NCBI GenBank assembly: GCA_027001995.1
Contig: JALTLO010000112.1
Coordinates: 1-11,474, forward strand
DNA: 11,474 nucleotides
Source: Planctomycetota bacterium
GTDB lineage: Bacteria; Planctomycetota; GCA-002687715; DRQF01
Reading direction: 5' to 3'
The translations under genes were made by a program, and so were the position numbers. Shown in pieces: positions 8,592 through 11,474 of this stretch (within the stretch, counting starts at the first letter, position 1; every line of letters starts with the position of its first letter). The notes under the pieces were generated by a model, which saw only the letters and a program-made list of their open reading frames with translations, searched no databases and was not told the origin of the DNA.

Positions 8592-8716
8592 TGTTTCTTG
8601 CTTTCTGTTCGAGGGGTATCTTTTTATCTCAAATGTTCCTGATCGTCCATGGGAAGGAACCTCTTGTCTGTAGGCCACAAGAAGGACTCTTCCGCTGCTG
8701 CTGGGGTCTTAGTTAT

Positions 8717-10144
8717 CTACATTTTGATCGTGACGCTGTTTTGACCCGGAGACAACTTTTCTATGAGTGGTTTGGAGGCTCCGGGAATCGTGAGAGACAA
8801 TTCATGGGCCTCCGGTCCTAAGCCCGTCAACACGGCAACACCTTTGCCGTTTGTGTTGGCTTTGGCCGAAAATGACGGGGGGAGCTTCTTGAGGTTCTTG
8901 AGATAACTTTGGGATTCTGTCACGGACATGACTTGCACCCCTGGGATGGGTTCGCCCGTTTCTCTACTGACAACATGAACCACGAGGGAAATTGGTTCGC
9001 CAATCTTGAGAACGAGCATGTTCTTCTTTTTCTTCTTCTTTCCATTGAGATCCAAAATGCGCCAGGGGCTTTTGCCGCCGCGGGGTCCTTCTGCTCGCAC
9101 GCGCATGACGAGTGAATCAGGGATCGTGGGAAAGGCAGATAGCTGGTAAGGGTTCTCACCCTTGAGGTCAACGCCGCGATTGTCTTTGCGCAGAGAACGG
9201 AGCTTCATGAAAAGCTTACTCTTATCGCTTTTTGTCATGTTGGCCTCATGAATCTGTCTGATTTTTGGCAACTCAAAACGCAAATGAGCCTCCTTGGCTA
9301 ATTTGCCTCCTGGCATGAGGACCATGATGGCCAATGATCGTTCATTCTTGGCGAGGGTCTTCAGTATGTCTTCAACTTTGTGGGTGGCGTTACTCTGAGT
9401 CAGAAGCAAGTTCATTTCTTGAAGTTTTGCCACGATCATGGCCGCCCCAAAAACCAAGCCTTGTCGGTTGAGATGAAGCCCGTCTGCCAAGAATACGTCT
9501 TTCTTGGTCAGGTTCTTTTCACTGACTTGGTCCATTCCTGGGATTTTCTTGCCTGTGTTGAGGCAATCAATCCATTGGGCCAAGGGAATCGTCCTCATGT
9601 TGGCACGCGTCTTAAGGAGGGTGTTGAGGTGCTCGTTCAGAATCGGGACATCTTTTTCGGGAATGATACGCCTCTTGGGCAACATCATGGGGCTGATTCC
9701 TTTCATTGCTGGTATTGTGCCAATAACAATGGGGATATTCAGGTCATCGAGGAATTCGATGGCCTGGGTGATGTGAGATTTTCGTTGAGCCAGGGTCTTG
9801 TCTCCGGTGGCGAACCAAAAGAGATAATCAAGCCCCACGACAACGTCGACTTTTTCTTTCTTGAGGCGCTGGGCATCTTTGGGGCTCTTGGTCATGTATT
9901 TCATGAAGAACAAAGCGTCAGCCAAATTCGTCATCGCGTGGGGGGCATGGATCGCCGCCGAAAGAGCTTCGGACAAATTGTTGCCACTTCCGAATCCTGC
10001 GGAAACACTGGCACCAATCACCCCAATCTTGATGACCTTCTGTTCTTTGCGAGATCCATTCTCCTGGGCCCGGAGATTGAGGGGTAAGAATAGTGAAATG
10101 AAGCAAATGAAAACGAACTGATAAGTCTTGGAGGAAAGGAGCAT
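8717..10144 (-). CDS. Secreted SGNH/GDSL-like hydrolase with C-terminal carboxypeptidase-regulatory-like beta domain
   Basis: Signal peptide (..LRA-QE), block I-like IGVIGASVSAG and block V DGLHLN (DxxH). C-terminal VVSRETGEPIPGVQV...TNGKGVAVLTGL is typical of CarboxypepD_reg-like domains. SD AAGGA about 9 nt before the ATG. Confidence 0.72.
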   Translation of the reverse strand: MLLSSKTYQFVFICFISLFLPLNLRAQENGSRKEQKVIKIGVIGASVSAGFGSGNNLSEALSAAIHAPHAMTNLADALFFMKYMTKSPKDAQRLKKEKVDVVVGLDYLFWFATGDKTLAQRKSHITQAIEFLDDLNIPIVIGTIPAMKGISPMMLPKRRIIPEKDVPILNEHLNTLLKTRANMRTIPLAQWIDCLNTGKKIPGMDQVSEKNLTKKDVFLADGLHLNRQGLVFGAAMIVAKLQEMNLLLTQSNATHKVEDILKTLAKNERSLAIMVLMPGGKLAKEAHLRFELPKIRQIHEANMTKSDKSKLFMKLRSLRKDNRGVDLKGENPYQLSAFPTIPDSLVMRVRAEGPRGGKSPWRILDLNGKKKKKKNMLVLKIGEPISLVVHVVSRETGEPIPGVQVMSVTESQSYLKNLKKLPPSFSAKANTNGKGVAVLTGLGPEAHELSLTIPGASKPLIEKLSPGQNSVTIKM

Positions 10145-10229
10145 ATACTTAGATCCTTCTGAAATGGGATGAAACTTTGGCCGGGGCCTGAATCAGGCTA
10201 ACCGGATACACCATGACCTCGCCGTTGCG

Positions 10230-10348
10230 ATCTCATGAAAGAGTCGGGCTCGGGACAATCTACCACTTTGCCATTTCTTTGGGAATTGTGGTCCCGAGAA
10301 GGCCGGGATCTCACGTCTTCAAGGGGCAGCCCGACTCATTCATGAGAT
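10230..10348. repeat. 21-bp inverted repeat pair (1 mismatch) with nested 8-bp inverted repeat
   Basis: ATCTCATGAAAGAGTCGGGCT (10230-10250) vs AGCCCGACTCATTCATGAGAT (10328-10348). Inner pair CTCGGGAC (10249-10256) / GTCCCGAG (10291-10298). Confidence 0.9.
10257..10285 (-). promoter_or_regulatory. Putative sigma70 promoter (extended -10) directed at the SGNH gene
   Basis: On the - strand: TTCCCA (10285-10280), N17, TAGATT (10262-10257), with TGn immediately before the -10. Confidence 0.5.
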
Positions 10349-10495
10349 TGTGGTCGTTATGTGAGAAAATGCCCCGCAATGAAAGCTCAGATCAACGATG
10401 CTTAGGACTTCATGTCAAAACAGAACATAGTCTGGGGTGGCAGAGTACGGGCCTTATGCTGCCCCTGGGGTCCGCAAGGTTGTGAATTATTCGGG

Positions 10496-11474
10496 CTAGG
10501 CACCGAGCTCCAAGGCTGCTTCAACCATGGTGAGCAATGATCGGCGGGTGTAGGGTTTTCGAAGCAGGCTGGCGCCCTGTTCAATGAGGCCATGATGTTG
10601 AATCGCCCGGTTGTCATAGCCAGACACGAAAATGACCGGGACGGAGCCGAATTCCCTTTGAATCGCTCGGGCTAATTTCCCGCCATGCATGTCCGGGAGC
10701 ACCAAGTCAGCGATAAGAATATCGACGCGGCCAGATTCTGCTCGAATTGTCTGCAGTGCTTCTCGGCTATCTCCAGCTTCCAAAACGTGAAAGCCGGCCA
10801 TCTCAAGAGCGCGTCTGGTGTAACGGCGCACCATGGGGTCATCGTCAACCAGAAGAACAGTCTCGTCATGGGGAGTCGGCGAGGCGGCGTTTTCCCGTTT
10901 CTTGTTTTTATCATCGATCAAGGAACATGTGGGAAGATAGACGACCAAGGCCGGGCACCCTAAGTCTGAGGAATCACAAACCAGAGCACCATCCATCGAA
11001 GTTGCGATTTGTTGTACTACGCCTAAGCCTTGGCAGATGTTCTCGGCTTCCTCTATAGACCCCAAGACTTCGTCGTAAGGAGTCGGTTGAGGGCGTTGCT
11101 CGTTGACCCGAGTGCGACATTGAATTGCAATGGCAGCATAGTCCCCAGAGTCGAGGCAGCTATGGGACAAGGGCGCGTTCTCTTCAATGGTGAGACGGTC
11201 GATTGTCACCGTCATGGGTCTTGGGCCTCCTGCGATCTCCCGACAGGCCATGAGGCAGCTGGTCAAGAGGAACTCCAATTGTCCGGGGTTGGCTCGAACG
11301 CAAGGAATCGGTTCATTTCCCAAGCAGATGAGGTCGAGATCCGGGTTTCCCGTGGCCATGGAAAAGAAACGCTCGTTCCTCAAGAAGATTTCGTCGAGTC
11401 TCTGCTGCGGAGGAGGGGCCCCAAGGCCTTTCGTCGAAGCGCTACTTCGAACGATGGCAAATGCTGAACCCAAG
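10496..11474 (-). CDS. Hybrid signalling protein: degenerate HATPase_c-like domain + C-terminal receiver domain (5'-truncated by the window edge)
   Basis: Receiver motifs VLLVDDD, DILIADLVLPDMHG (phospho-Asp at 10706-10708), VIFVSGY and LRKPY. The upstream segment VRANPGQLE...GDYAAIAI...GLGVVQQI...VVYLP follows the CckA-type kinase layout. Frame is open to the window end. Confidence 0.85.
   Translation of the reverse strand, partial: LGSAFAIVRSSASTKGLGAPPPQQRLDEIFLRNERFFSMATGNPDLDLICLGNEPIPCVRANPGQLEFLLTSCLMACREIAGGPRPMTVTIDRLTIEENAPLSHSCLDSGDYAAIAIQCRTRVNEQRPQPTPYDEVLGSIEEAENICQGLGVVQQIATSMDGALVCDSSDLGCPALVVYLPTCSLIDDKNKKRENAASPTPHDETVLLVDDDPMVRRYTRRALEMAGFHVLEAGDSREALQTIRAESGRVDILIADLVLPDMHGGKLARAIQREFGSVPVIFVSGYDNRAIQHHGLIEQGASLLRKPYTRRSLLTMVEAALELGA

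Noticed and set aside
8592..8678. 29-aa N-terminal extension of the S46 ORF given in the track
   Set aside because: It would precede an otherwise canonical signal peptide; ATG 8591 fits better.
8652..8693. Imperfect hairpin between the SGNH and S46 genes (GGAAG/CTTCC, TCTTGT/ACAAGA)
   Set aside because: No U-tract on the - strand, so not called a terminator; may be an intercistronic stabiliser.
9380..10087. 235-aa + strand ORF
   Set aside because: Entirely antisense to the SGNH gene with no recognisable motifs; shadow ORF.
10389..10418. TTGACA on the - strand (10418-10413)
   Set aside because: No convincing -10 at 16-18 bp spacing.
10236..10432. Resemblance to RNase P RNA, 6S RNA or tmRNA (GAAAGAGTCGGGC ... 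ACAGAAC)
   Set aside because: RNase P P4 strands (GAGGAAAGUCC / ACCCGGCUUA) are absent; no tRNA-like ends; no symmetric 6S-type central bubble.
10213..10485. 90-aa + strand ORF in the intergenic region
   Set aside because: No clear RBS or motifs, and it runs through the inverted repeats. Cannot be supported, though not excluded.

Overview
Bacterial chromosomal window of roughly 50-55% GC (estimated by eye), with no rRNA, tRNA, CRISPR array or transposase evident. The + strand carries the 3' part of a type-2 isoleucyl-tRNA synthetase (ileS), then folE2 (GTP cyclohydrolase IB), an APH/choline-kinase-like phosphotransferase, a DOT1-like SAM methyltransferase and a beta-propeller lipoprotein. 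These converge at a bidirectional terminator with three - strand genes: an S46 dipeptidyl peptidase (DPP11-like), a secreted SGNH-like hydrolase, and the 3' part of a hybrid protein with a degenerate HATPase_c domain and an intact receiver domain. Most notable: (1) a 21-bp inverted repeat pair enclosing a well-spaced sigma70-like promoter upstream of the SGNH/S46 genes (candidate invertible promoter or structured RNA); (2) a rod-like leader abutting the folE2 RBS (candidate cis-regulatory RNA); (3) a translationally coupled kinase + DOT1-like methyltransferase pair; (4) a pseudokinase-receiver hybrid. All calls come from motif reading only; no searches or folding programs were run.
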